Program-made: the position numbers and the translations under genes
Notes under the pieces: model-generated
The model's database searches: none
Told to the model about the DNA's origin: nothing
What the model saw: the letters and a program-made list of their open reading frames with translations, nothing else
Source: Planctomycetota bacterium
GTDB taxonomy: Bacteria; Planctomycetota; UBA1135; UBA2386
DNA length: 64,000 nt
Direction of reading: 5' to 3'
Assembly: GCA_965223545.1 (NCBI GenBank)
Contig: OZ245006.1
Span: forward strand, 4,320,001-4,384,000
Shown here: one piece after another, positions 19,044-28,502 of the stretch
Position numbering within the stretch: position 1 is the first letter of the stretch
How the letters are laid out: each line of letters begins with the position of its first letter

Positions 19044-21809
19044 TTATTGGCGAATCGCGATCGCCAGCCCGTTGGAGGCGGCGATGCCGAGCGGGCTGCA
19101 CGCGGCGCCGGTCGCCGACTGCGCGTACAGCGTCGCGCCGATCAGCGCCGGCTGGGCGGGAATCGGCAACTCGGTGAGCGCGAGACCGCTGGAGTCGGCT
19201 TGCCAGGGCAGGCTGGCGGCGCCGGTGGGCGAAACCAAGACGGTGATGCCGGCGACGGGCACCGCGGCCTGCTGATTGCCGAGCAACAACAGACCGGCTG
19301 CTCCTGGTGTCGCGTTGCTGGTGCGGAGCGCGAACAGCGCGTTGCCGACCGAAGGCTCCGAGTTGGCGTCCAGCGCGAGCGCGGGCGCGCAGGCAGGGGT
19401 CGCACTGCCGTACGGCGTCGCGGCCTCGTCTCCGTCGCCGTTGCCGTCGAGGTCGCGGTCGATGCCGATGCGCCGTCCCGAGCCGACCGGCACGCCGGTG
19501 AAGGTCATCGTGCCGCTGTTGCTGACCAGGTCGGCGAGCAGCTCGGCGCGCGTGCGGTTGCCGATCGCGGCGAGGTCGGGCTGATACGCACCGTTGTCGT
19601 ACCAGAAGCCGCGGGCGGCGCCGCCGTACTCTCCCTTGGCGACGAGATCGCAGTTGGCTTGGTCGGCCTGTTGCTCCAGCAAGTTGATCGTCGCCAGCAC
19701 GCTCGGCGCCCCGGCCGTCGCGGCATCCACGGTCACCGAGAAGCCGACGATGGGAGCGATGCCGGTGTCCAGCTCGACCATCAGGTTCTCGAGCATCTGC
19801 TTGTTGTTGGCCTGCTGTGACAAGCTTTGGAACACCGGCTTGCTCAGCAAGTCGAATACGTCGTTGACCGAGCCGTCGTGCAGCAAGCCGAAGCCCGATG
19901 TGCTGACGCCTCCCACCGGCGTCCGGCCCTGTCGCTTGTAGATATTGCGGAGCTGCGGGACCTTGAAGTGCTGCGGCTCCTGTAGCACGAAGGCGGGGAT
20001 GATGATGCCGTTGGTGCCGGTCGGCAGCGAGTGGCAGAACACGCAGGTGAAGTTGTTGGCAAAGACCGTGTTCTGGAAGAACAGCAGTCCTTCCGCTGCG
20101 CTCGTGCCGGCAGGTGTCGTGCTGTAGGTCCGATCGATGTTCTGGTTCGGGTTTGGCGGGAACGCCAAGGTCTCCATGAACGCGGCGTAGTCGTCCATGT
20201 CCGCGCCGCTGATCTCGGCTCCGCCCATGGTTTCGTCGAAGGCCGAGTTGAAGTCGACGAGGGTGGCTTTGTCACCGCGCCAGTGGAACGGCTGCGTGTC
20301 GGATGTGAGACCGCGCAGGGTCTGGGTGGTCATCGGCCCCTTCATCGGGTGCATGCGCAGCGTCAGCAGGCCGCCGGTGGTCACGCTCACCATCTGGCCA
20401 CCGGGGTCGCCGAGGTCCCAGGCGAGACCGTCGATCTCGCCGTCGACGTGGCATGCCGCGCAAGAGGCCGTGCCGTTGCCGGACAGCTTGGCGTCGTAGA
20501 GGAAACCGCGGCCGTTCCGCACCACCGCCGGCGTCGGGTCGTAGCCGATGGGCATTTCGCCCAGCACCGCATCACTCGTGGTGTCGATCACTGCCAAGCT
20601 CATCGCGAGTCGGTTGAGCACGTACAGACGCGGCTGGCTGGGATGCAGGGCGAGGCCACGCGGCCCGCGCTTGTTGCGCGGATCGGCGGTCGCGCCGGCG
20701 GCGCCGAGCTCGATCATCGCGCTGCGGTTGCCGGCGGTGTCGAGAACCGCGACTCGGTCGGTGCCGAAGGCCGCGACGTAGAGCCGGTTGCCATCGGCCG
20801 ACCACACCAGGTCGGTGGGCTGCGCGAGTGCGGTCGCGGTCGCGCCCGGGTTTGGTAGCACCGAGTAGTCGATGCCCGGGTTCAGGTCGAAGTGGGTCGT
20901 TTGCCCGCTGCCGGGGACGATCTTGGTCACGCGGTGATCGACGACGTGGCCGCGCAGGTTGGGCGCGAACCGCACCATGTTGAGCGACTCGTTGTTGGCG
21001 ACCCAGAGCTCGCCGGTGGTCGGGTGCGGGGCGATGCCGAACAGGTGCGTGCCGACCGAGGTGTAGCGCGAGGTCACCGCGAGCCCGGCGACATCGATCT
21101 CGAAGACGTCGTAGTCGGGGAGGGTGATGCCGTGCGCAGCGGTCCACTGCGGGTCGTTGGCGTCGACGATCAAGCCCTGCGCCGGGGCGGAGGGCAGCGA
21201 CGGGTTGGTCGGCAGCGGTGGGGGCGGCGCCTGGTCTTCCGGCACGATCGTCGTCCGATTGCCCGAGCGGTGGACGGCGACCCACACCGTGCTGCCGTCC
21301 GCGCTGCGCGCCAGAGCTCGCGGCTCCTCGCCGAAGATCGGGATCTCGGCCAGTTGGGTGTGGGTGATGGGGTCGAACACGCGCACCACGCGCGAACCGG
21401 AGATGCTGACCATCGCGACTTGCGGAGAACCGGCAAACACGACATCGGCTGGTTCGTCCTTGGCGAACACGGTCGCGATCACCGCGCCGCGGCTCAGCGA
21501 GACCACGCTGATCGAGTCCGACAGCCGATTGGTCACCCACACTTCGTCGCTGGTGCGCGGCGTCACCGAAACCGGTTCCAAGCCGACCGGGATCTCGTCG
21601 ATCAGCACGGGCCGCGAAACGTTCTGCAGCGAGAACACTGCCAGCCGGTTGTCCGGTGTGTTCACGGCGAACAGTCGCGTGCCGTCCGCCGACACCGCCA
21701 CCGGTCGCGTCTGCGGGCTCTCGAAGTTGACGAAGGGCGTCGGTTGGAGTTGGGCGGATGCCAGGGGTGTCAGCCCGATGAGGGCCGCGGTCGCGAGCGT
21801 CTTTTGCAT
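19044..21809 (-). CDS. Secreted YncE/YVTN beta-propeller + di-heme c cytochrome protein with the shared C-terminal domain
   Basis: Signal peptide; FVNFESP, IPVGLEPVSV propeller repeats; CAACH and CVFCH; HPMKGPMTTQTLRG, FKVPQLRNIY, GFGLLHDG. Confidence 0.85.
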   Translation of the reverse strand: MQKTLATAALIGLTPLASAQLQPTPFVNFESPQTRPVAVSADGTRLFAVNTPDNRLAVFSLQNVSRPVLIDEIPVGLEPVSVTPRTSDEVWVTNRLSDSISVVSLSRGAVIATVFAKDEPADVVFAGSPQVAMVSISGSRVVRVFDPITHTQLAEIPIFGEEPRALARSADGSTVWVAVHRSGNRTTIVPEDQAPPPPLPTNPSLPSAPAQGLIVDANDPQWTAAHGITLPDYDVFEIDVAGLAVTSRYTSVGTHLFGIAPHPTTGELWVANNESLNMVRFAPNLRGHVVDHRVTKIVPGSGQTTHFDLNPGIDYSVLPNPGATATALAQPTDLVWSADGNRLYVAAFGTDRVAVLDTAGNRSAMIELGAAGATADPRNKRGPRGLALHPSQPRLYVLNRLAMSLAVIDTTSDAVLGEMPIGYDPTPAVVRNGRGFLYDAKLSGNGTASCAACHVDGEIDGLAWDLGDPGGQMVSVTTGGLLTLRMHPMKGPMTTQTLRGLTSDTQPFHWRGDKATLVDFNSAFDETMGGAEISGADMDDYAAFMETLAFPPNPNQNIDRTYSTTPAGTSAAEGLLFFQNTVFANNFTCVFCHSLPTGTNGIIIPAFVLQEPQHFKVPQLRNIYKRQGRTPVGGVSTSGFGLLHDGSVNDVFDLLSKPVFQSLSQQANNKQMLENLMVELDTGIAPIVGFSVTVDAATAGAPSVLATINLLEQQADQANCDLVAKGEYGGAARGFWYDNGAYQPDLAAIGNRTRAELLADLVSNSGTMTFTGVPVGSGRRIGIDRDLDGNGDGDEAATPYGSATPACAPALALDANSEPSVGNALFALRTSNATPGAAGLLLLGNQQAAVPVAGITVLVSPTGAASLPWQADSSGLALTELPIPAQPALIGATLYAQSATGAACSPLGIAASNGLAIAIRQ

Positions 21810-21887
21810 GGCTGCTCTCTCGGGTGCGAAAGCGTGGCCCGCGGATGCAGGGCCGCGCTGATCATAGCCCGCATCCGCCGCCGCGGG

Positions 21888-23612
21888 TCACATGCGGTTG
21901 CGCAGCAGCAGCTCGAGGGCGCGTGCGCTGTTGCGCGAGATCGGACCACCCACTTCCGGGTCGTTCGGCGGTCGGTCCAGCGACAGCAGGTGCTGGATCA
22001 CGTGCGAGGCCGCCTGACGGCCGCGCTCTGGAAACTCCGGTTCCGACAGAGTGGACACCAGGGCGTTGGCGACGGTCAGGCTCTTGGTGCGCAAAAGTGC
22101 CTTGACCAGATCGTCGGCGACGGGCTCCCGGCGCAGCTCGCGCAGGATCTCGGCGACCGCTTCGCGTTCGACCATGTCCAGGTAGCGCGTGTCGACCTTG
22201 CCGCGCATCGCCCGCACGATGTCCGAGACCTGGTCGAGATTGCGGCGGTACTCGGTGCCGAACGCCAGCGACAACACCTGCTGCAGGATCTTGTGTTCGT
22301 CCTCGAACCCCAGGCACCGCCCCTGGCCTGCTCCGGCGATGTCCTCGAACGAGCGCCGGGCCTCGGCATTGAGATGCTGCCGGCCGCGCACCGAGGTGAC
22401 GATCGCGTGCACTTGGCTCCGGCCGTCGGAGGAGAACGTGCGCAGCAGCCGATCGAGCTTGTCTTTGTCGTGCTCGTGCGCGGGCGCGTCGCCGATCAAA
22501 ACGACGACGCGGCGCGCGCGGACTTGCCACGGCTGTTGCATCGCGGCGCGAATGCCCTGCAATACCGCCTCGGGTTGATCGCCACCGCCGTCGGCCTCGA
22601 TGACCTGCATGAAGTTGATCGTCCGGTAGACGTCGTCACTGAGCGGTACGGCCCGCGTCAAGTACTCCTCCTCGGGATCGACGTCGCGGTAGGTGACCGC
22701 CCCCATGCGCGCGGCGGGCACCAGCGCGTGCAGGACCTCGACCATGTGCGCGATGCGGTCCTTGGTCGCCCGCAGCACGCTGCTCATGGAGCCGGTGCTG
22801 TCGAACACGAACATGATCTCCAGTCCCGAGCGCCGCATCTCGGTGACCTTGCTCTTGAAGCCGCCGCCGCCGACGCCGGCGCGGCCGAGGATCCCGTTCG
22901 CAGAGCCGGTGACGCGCTCGCCCCAGTGGGCTCCGCCGTTCTCCGTCACCGGGCGTTGTTCGGCAGTCGGCCCGGTGTCGGCGGCCGGCTCCGGCTCATC
23001 GATCTGGTTCTCGCCGAGATCGTCGCGCAGCTCGATCTCCGGCGGATGCTCCTCGCGCAGCTGCAGGTCGTTGGGGGCGAAGTCTTCCTCGGGCAGATCG
23101 GTGTCGGGCAGCTCGTCGGCGCGGCCGATCGGGATCACGTCGGCGACCTTCTCTACTGGCGTCACCAGCAGGTGATGCAGCAAGAAGAGGAGAACGGCGT
23201 GGATCAGCAGAGAGAGGGAGAACCAGGGCGCCCGGCGGAGCTCCTCCGCCATGATGTCGGTGAACGGCGCGTGCTGGCGGTGCCGGAGGGCGTGGCCGCC
23301 GCGGCGCAGACCCAGCGCGGGCGCTCCCCGGGCCAGGGTGAACTCGAGGTCGCCGATCTGCAGCGTGCTGCCGACGCGGAGTGTGTGCTGTTCGACGCGG
23401 GCACCGTCGACCAGAGTGCCGGCTTCGGTCTGCAGGTCGGTCAGCTCGACGCCGTCGTCGACGACGCGCAGCTCGCAGTGCCGGTCGCCGACCGAGGGGT
23501 GGCTGACCCGCAGCGCGCACGCCGGGTCGCGGCCAACCGTATAGGTGACCCCGCGGCGCAGCCCGAACCGCGTGTCGCCCAGCACCAGCACGAACGTCGA
23601 GGCGGGATTCAT
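21888..23612 (-). CDS. FHA domain + TM + von Willebrand factor A domain protein
   Basis: FHA-like TVGRDPAC...HPSVGDRHC...GTLVDG; TM SLSLLIHAVLLFLL; acidic linker; MIDAS FDSTGSM, GGGDQPEAV, LIGDAPAH. Confidence 0.8.
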   Translation of the reverse strand: MNPASTFVLVLGDTRFGLRRGVTYTVGRDPACALRVSHPSVGDRHCELRVVDDGVELTDLQTEAGTLVDGARVEQHTLRVGSTLQIGDLEFTLARGAPALGLRRGGHALRHRQHAPFTDIMAEELRRAPWFSLSLLIHAVLLFLLHHLLVTPVEKVADVIPIGRADELPDTDLPEEDFAPNDLQLREEHPPEIELRDDLGENQIDEPEPAADTGPTAEQRPVTENGGAHWGERVTGSANGILGRAGVGGGGFKSKVTEMRRSGLEIMFVFDSTGSMSSVLRATKDRIAHMVEVLHALVPAARMGAVTYRDVDPEEEYLTRAVPLSDDVYRTINFMQVIEADGGGDQPEAVLQGIRAAMQQPWQVRARRVVVLIGDAPAHEHDKDKLDRLLRTFSSDGRSQVHAIVTSVRGRQHLNAEARRSFEDIAGAGQGRCLGFEDEHKILQQVLSLAFGTEYRRNLDQVSDIVRAMRGKVDTRYLDMVEREAVAEILRELRREPVADDLVKALLRTKSLTVANALVSTLSEPEFPERGRQAASHVIQHLLSLDRPPNDPEVGGPISRNSARALELLLRNRM

Positions 23613-23876
23613 GCGGAGTCGGGCTTCCTGCGGAGGGGCCAGGTGAGCCCGAGCGAGGATCGGATCGCGGCGCGCACGGCCAGCCAGTCTAGTGGGTTCT
23701 GCCGATCGGGTAACCGTGCTCCGGCCCGGCTTCTGTCGCGTGGGCTGTTTTCCGGGCCGCGGGGTCCGCGTCGTCTGTTGCGCTCGGCCGAGCCGCTGGC
23801 CAACATGAGCGCGCGCCCCAACCGCGTGTCCCGGGGCGCGTTGCTTCGTTTGGCTCCACGGCTCGAGGGCGGCGTC

Positions 23877-24452
23877 TTGCTCAAGGTGATCGCAGGTGAT
23901 TTTGGTGGTCGGGTGCTCAAGACGGCGCGCGGCCGGCTGACCCGACCGCTGCGCGCCCCGGTGCGCGAGGCGTTGTTCAACGTGCTGGGCGATGCCGTGG
24001 TCGATGCCGAGGTCTGGGATCTCTTCGCCGGCACCGGGGGCTCGGGCATCGAGGCCCTGTCGCGGGGGGCGCGGCGCGTCAGTTTCCTCGAGAAGAGCAA
24101 CCAGGCGCTGGTGGTGCTGCGCGACAACCTCGAGCAACTGGCCCTCGACGACGGCGACCGCGCGCGGGTGTTCAAGGCGGACGCTTGGCTGGCCGACGTC
24201 CCAGAGCTCGTCGAGCCGCCCGATTTGATCCTGTTCGACCCGCCCTACGCCGCCGTTGCCGAGGACCCCTCGCTCGCAGTGCACCGCGCCACCGCACTCG
24301 CCGAGCGGATGACCGATGACGGGCTCTTGTGCTTCCACTTCGAGGAGGGCCTCCTCGATGTCGACGATTTCGACGAGGACTTGGACGTCGACCTCCGCCG
24401 CTGGGGGCGGACCGCGATGGCGATCCTCAGGCGGCCCGTAGCCGGCTCCTAG
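23877..24452 (+). CDS. rsmD: 16S rRNA m2G966 methyltransferase RsmD
   Basis: KVIAGDFGGR, TRP..VREALFN, DLFAGTG, EALSRGA, LFDPPY. Confidence 0.9.
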   Translation: MLKVIAGDFGGRVLKTARGRLTRPLRAPVREALFNVLGDAVVDAEVWDLFAGTGGSGIEALSRGARRVSFLEKSNQALVVLRDNLEQLALDDGDRARVFKADAWLADVPELVEPPDLILFDPPYAAVAEDPSLAVHRATALAERMTDDGLLCFHFEEGLLDVDDFDEDLDVDLRRWGRTAMAILRRPVAGS

Positions 24453-24578
24453 GGCGTTCCGCGGCGCTTTGCCGCGCGAGGTCAAGCCGGCCGACGCCGA
24501 CTGCCGATATCCAGCACGGGAGTGGGGAGCGCTTTGCGTGAGCCCCGCTCTCGAGCCACGCAACAGGGAAGAAGCACC

Positions 24579-24752
24579 ATGACCACCTCAGATTCTCGGG
24601 TGGATCGGATCGTCGACGAGTTGATGGAAAGATCTCTCAGCAAGGAAGAGCGCATCGCTCTTCTGCGCGAGCTGGTCGAACACGGAGACGATGTACCCGA
24701 CGAGATCCTCGAAGTGGCGCTGCGGCGGCTGATGCAACGTCTGACCGACTAG
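24579..24752 (+). CDS. Small helical hypothetical protein (57 aa), weakly FlgM-C-like
   Basis: Purine-rich upstream sequence and protein-like composition; EERIALLRELVEHG...LEVALRRLM. Confidence 0.5.
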   Translation: MTTSDSRVDRIVDELMERSLSKEERIALLRELVEHGDDVPDEILEVALRRLMQRLTD

Positions 24753-24796
24753 GGCTGAGGCGAACACGAGGCCTCGGAGCAAGGGGTAAAGCAGTC

Positions 24797-25618
24797 ATGA
24801 ACAACCTGGCGACCAAGGTGGCGATGCTCGCGGTGTTGGGCACGCCGTGCTGGGCGAACGGCGACGACGAGAAGCTCGCGCCGGTCGTCAAAACCACACT
24901 CACGGAGATTCGGCAAGCGCCCGAGTCGTTCAAGGGTGTCCACGTCGAGCTGGTTCTGCAGTTCGCCTCCATCGGGCGCATCCAGAACCCGTTCTTCACG
25001 CGGTTCATCGCCAGCGACTTCACCAACTTCCACGCTTGGGCCGACGAGCAGCCGATCTGGCAGCGCGAGAACTACGACGACGTGTTCGGCCTGCTGTTCA
25101 TCTCGAAGGACAACGCCGAGCTGCAGGACGTGTTCCAGCTGCGCACCTACGACCGGCTGCAAGTGCGCGCCGTGGTGCGCAACACGTTCCAGGGCCAGCC
25201 GTGGATCGAGGTGATGAGCTTGGCGTCGTTGGACGGCAAGGTCGACAGCGCGACTCTGTCGCACATGTATCGCGGCGAGGAGCACATGAAGCGGCGGCAG
25301 TGGAGCCGGGCGATCTCCGAGCTGTCGTTGGCCCCGCTGGGAGAGGCGCCGAACCACGTCCGCGCCAACGTGCACAAGAGCATCGGCGTGTGCTACCTGC
25401 GCATGGGCGAAGCCGCGCCGGCGGCGGACCACCTGGCGCAGGCCAACACCCTGCAGCAGGGCGCGGATGACGAAGTGCAGCGGCTGCTGCAGACCGCGGT
25501 GGTCTCGCCCGAGCTCGGGCTGGACCGCGCCGTCGACGCGCAGAAGGTGCCGGACTACGCCCGGCCGATGTGGGAGGCGTTCGAGGACGCCAGCGCGGCG
25601 CCGCCGACCGCGCGGTAG
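24797..25618 (+). CDS. Exported hypothetical protein, OB-fold-like N-terminus plus TPR-like helices
   Basis: Good RBS (AAGGGG), signal peptide, strong GC3 bias; helical AISELS...SIGVCYLRMGE...A..HLAQA. Confidence 0.7.
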   Translation: MNNLATKVAMLAVLGTPCWANGDDEKLAPVVKTTLTEIRQAPESFKGVHVELVLQFASIGRIQNPFFTRFIASDFTNFHAWADEQPIWQRENYDDVFGLLFISKDNAELQDVFQLRTYDRLQVRAVVRNTFQGQPWIEVMSLASLDGKVDSATLSHMYRGEEHMKRRQWSRAISELSLAPLGEAPNHVRANVHKSIGVCYLRMGEAAPAADHLAQANTLQQGADDEVQRLLQTAVVSPELGLDRAVDAQKVPDYARPMWEAFEDASAAPPTAR

Positions 25619-25765
25619 CGGAAGCACCCCAGGCGCGCGCGGGGACGCGCGCCAGCGGCCGGAGCGGCGGGTTTTGCCGGCCGCTTCGAAACTCGGGGCT
25701 CGCCCCGGGGTTGCGAGGCTCTATTTTGCGCGGTGCCGCCCACCGGCCCGACCGCGCGCCCCGCA

Positions 25766-26689
25766 ATGAACCTCCCCACCAGCGCCATCGCCGATCCAGC
25801 CCCGACGTCCAGCCACGCCGTCGCCGGGGTTGGGCTCTACCGCTACGCCGTCGGCGTGGTGGTCGCGGTGTTCCTGCTGATCAAGGTGGGGGCGATGGTG
25901 ACCAGCACCGGATCGGGGTTGGCGTTCGAGGACTGGCCCCTGTCGGACGGCTCGTGGTGGCCGCCCGACATGCGTCTCGATCAGCTGCTCGAGCACGGGC
26001 ACCGTGCCGTCGGCATGGCGATCGGCCTGCTGACGCTGGTGCTGACCATTTGGATCGGCGTCGTCGAGCGCCGCCAGTGGTTGCGTTCCCTCTCGATCGG
26101 GTTGCTCGGGTTGGTGTGCCTGCAGGGCTACATTGGCGGCAAGGGCGTGCTCTTGGGGCTGCCGGCCGTCACCTCGGTGACGCACGGTGTTCTGGCGCAG
26201 GTCATTCTCTGTCTGCTGGCGCTGGTTGCGTTCGCGCTGTCGCCGGCCTGGGCGTCCCGGCACCCGGCCGCTGCGCACGAAGTCGCGACCGCGCGCAACC
26301 TGTCCGCATTCGCGCTGATGCTGGTGTTCGTGCAGCTGGTCGCCGGCGCGATCCTGCGCCACACCAACGCGCAGGGCATGTTGTGGTTGCACATCTTCAA
26401 CGCGGTCGTGGTCGCTCTGACGATCGCCATTGCGGCGATGTACTGCGGCACGCGGTTCGGTGACCGCGGCTTTCGGGGCACGACGCGATGGGTGCTCGTG
26501 CTGCTGTTGGTGCAGCTGGTGTTGGGGTTCGTGGCGTTGCTCGTGCGTCGGGTGAAGGACCCCTCCAACATCGAGTACTTGGGCCGCAGTGTCCTGGTGA
26601 CGGCGCACGTCGTGGTCGGCGCGCTGTTGTTCTTGAGCGCGGCGCTGCTTCTGTATCGGACGTGTCGCAACCTGAAGCCGATACCTTGA
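25766..26689 (+). CDS. ctaA: Heme A synthase (COX15/CtaA)
   Basis: GAMVTSTGSGLA..DWP, LEHGHR, conserved His in TM helices; directly upstream of ctaB. Confidence 0.88.
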   Translation: MNLPTSAIADPAPTSSHAVAGVGLYRYAVGVVVAVFLLIKVGAMVTSTGSGLAFEDWPLSDGSWWPPDMRLDQLLEHGHRAVGMAIGLLTLVLTIWIGVVERRQWLRSLSIGLLGLVCLQGYIGGKGVLLGLPAVTSVTHGVLAQVILCLLALVAFALSPAWASRHPAAAHEVATARNLSAFALMLVFVQLVAGAILRHTNAQGMLWLHIFNAVVVALTIAIAAMYCGTRFGDRGFRGTTRWVLVLLLVQLVLGFVALLVRRVKDPSNIEYLGRSVLVTAHVVVGALLFLSAALLLYRTCRNLKPIP

Positions 26690-27573
26690 GTGGGCGCGCG
26701 CCGGCCGGCGCTGCGGGGCCACGCCTCGTCGCCTACGTCGAGCTCGCCAAGCCGCGGTTGTCGGCGTTGGCGGTGTTCGCGGTGTTGGCCGGTCTCTATC
26801 TGGGCACCGAAGCGCCGGCCGTCGAGATCGTCTTGACCTGCGTGGCGGCGACCTTCTTGGTCGCCGCCGGTGGCAACGCCCTCAACATGTGGATCGAGCG
26901 CGAGTCCGACCGGCGTATGCCGCGCACGGAGGGGCGTCCGCTGCCGAGTGGCCGACTGTCGCCCGCGGCGGTGCTCGGCTTCGGTCTGATCAGCGCGGCG
27001 GTCGGTTTGGCGGCGCTGGCCCTGGTGACCAACTGGCTGGCGACCGGCGTCTGTGCCCTGATCTTTGCCACCTACGTCGGGATCTACACTCCGCTCAAGC
27101 GGGTGACCACGCTCAACACGCTGGTCGGCGCGGTGCCCGGAGCGCTGCCACCGCTGGTCGGCTACGCCGCGGCGCGTGGAATGCTCGACCTGCGCGCGGG
27201 GATCCTGTTCCTGCTCCTGTTTCTGTGGCAGATCCCGCACTTCTTGGCGATCGCCTTTCGCTACCGCGAGGACTACCGCGCCGGCGGCATGGTGATGCTG
27301 CCGGTCGTCGATGCCGACGGACGTTTCACCGGCGCGCAGATGGTGGCCTACACCTTCGCGCTGGTCCTGGTCAGCCTCTACGCCTACCTCATCGGTCTCG
27401 CCGGTCCGCTCTACTTGGTGGCCGCGATGTTCTTAGGCGTGCTGTTCTTCGTGCCGGTGGTGCTGGCCGCGGTGTTTCGGCGCGAGAGCGCCATGCTGCT
27501 CACCTTCTGGGTATCGATTGCCTACTTGCCAGCCCTGCTCTCGGTGATGGTCATCGATCGGAGAATGGGATGA
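26686..27573 (+). CDS. ctaB: Protoheme IX farnesyltransferase (heme O synthase)
   Basis: ELAKPRL, NMWIERESDRRMPRT..RPLPSG, YTPLKR, GAVPGALPPL, WQIPHF, REDY. Confidence 0.93.
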   Translation: MSGRAPAGAAGPRLVAYVELAKPRLSALAVFAVLAGLYLGTEAPAVEIVLTCVAATFLVAAGGNALNMWIERESDRRMPRTEGRPLPSGRLSPAAVLGFGLISAAVGLAALALVTNWLATGVCALIFATYVGIYTPLKRVTTLNTLVGAVPGALPPLVGYAAARGMLDLRAGILFLLLFLWQIPHFLAIAFRYREDYRAGGMVMLPVVDADGRFTGAQMVAYTFALVLVSLYAYLIGLAGPLYLVAAMFLGVLFFVPVVLAAVFRRESAMLLTFWVSIAYLPALLSVMVIDRRMG

Positions 27574-28502
27574 CTGGCGCGCTCGCGGTGCACGCTGCCG
27601 GCGTCGGCTTCCGCTACGGCGATCGGGTCGCGTGCGACGACATCGGGCTCGAGGTCGAGCCCGGCGCGGTGCACGGCGTGCTCGGTCCCAACGGGTCCGG
27701 CAAGTCGACGTTGTTCAAGGTGCTGTGCACGGCATACCCGATCCAGCGCGGCACGGTTTCGGTGTTCGGCGAGGATCTGGCGACCCGGGTCGACGCGATT
27801 CGCTCGATGCTCGGGGTCGTGTTCCAGAGCGCCGCGCTGGACGGTCAGCTCACGGTCGAGGAGAACCTGATCTGCGCCGGCAACCTGTTCGGCCTGCGCG
27901 GTGGTCCGCTGCGGGCGCGGGTCGCCGAGGTCGCGGAGTGGGCGGGCGTGCGCGACCGGGCTGCGGACCGGGTGGCGGCGCTGAGCGGCGGGCTGCGACG
28001 CCGGGTCGAGATCGCCAAGGCGCTGCTCCCCGCGCCGCGTCTGCTGCTGCTGGACGAGCCGAGCACAGGCCTGGACCCCGGCGCGCGCATCGACTTGTGG
28101 CGGCTGCTGCGGGCCTCCGCAGGACTCACCGTCCTGTTCACCACGCACTTGATGGACGAAGCCGAGCAGGCCGACGGCATCACCATCCTGACCGAGGGGC
28201 GGGTGGTCGCGGCGGGGCGTCCGGCCGACCTCGTGCAGGAGGTCGGTGGCGTGGTGCTCGAGGCGTCGTGCGAGGAGCCCGAGGCGGTCGCGGCACGCGT
28301 CGAGGAGGTGCTGGGCGTCGCGCCGGTGATCGTCGGCCGCGCGCTGCGGGTCGAGAGTCCGGACGCCCACCGCATGGTCGGTCCCCTGGTCGACGCGCTC
28401 GGATCGCGGCTGGCGCGGGTCTCGGTGAGCCACGCTTCGCTCGAGGACGTCTACATCCGCAAGACCGGTCATCGGTTCTGGACCGCGGAGGACGCGCGAT
28501 GA
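27570..28502 (+). CDS. ABC-2 type transporter ATP-binding protein
   Basis: GPNGSGKST, LSGG, LLLDEPSTGLDP, TTHLMDEA. Confidence 0.92.
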   Translation: MTGALAVHAAGVGFRYGDRVACDDIGLEVEPGAVHGVLGPNGSGKSTLFKVLCTAYPIQRGTVSVFGEDLATRVDAIRSMLGVVFQSAALDGQLTVEENLICAGNLFGLRGGPLRARVAEVAEWAGVRDRAADRVAALSGGLRRRVEIAKALLPAPRLLLLDEPSTGLDPGARIDLWRLLRASAGLTVLFTTHLMDEAEQADGITILTEGRVVAAGRPADLVQEVGGVVLEASCEEPEAVAARVEEVLGVAPVIVGRALRVESPDAHRMVGPLVDALGSRLARVSVSHASLEDVYIRKTGHRFWTAEDAR

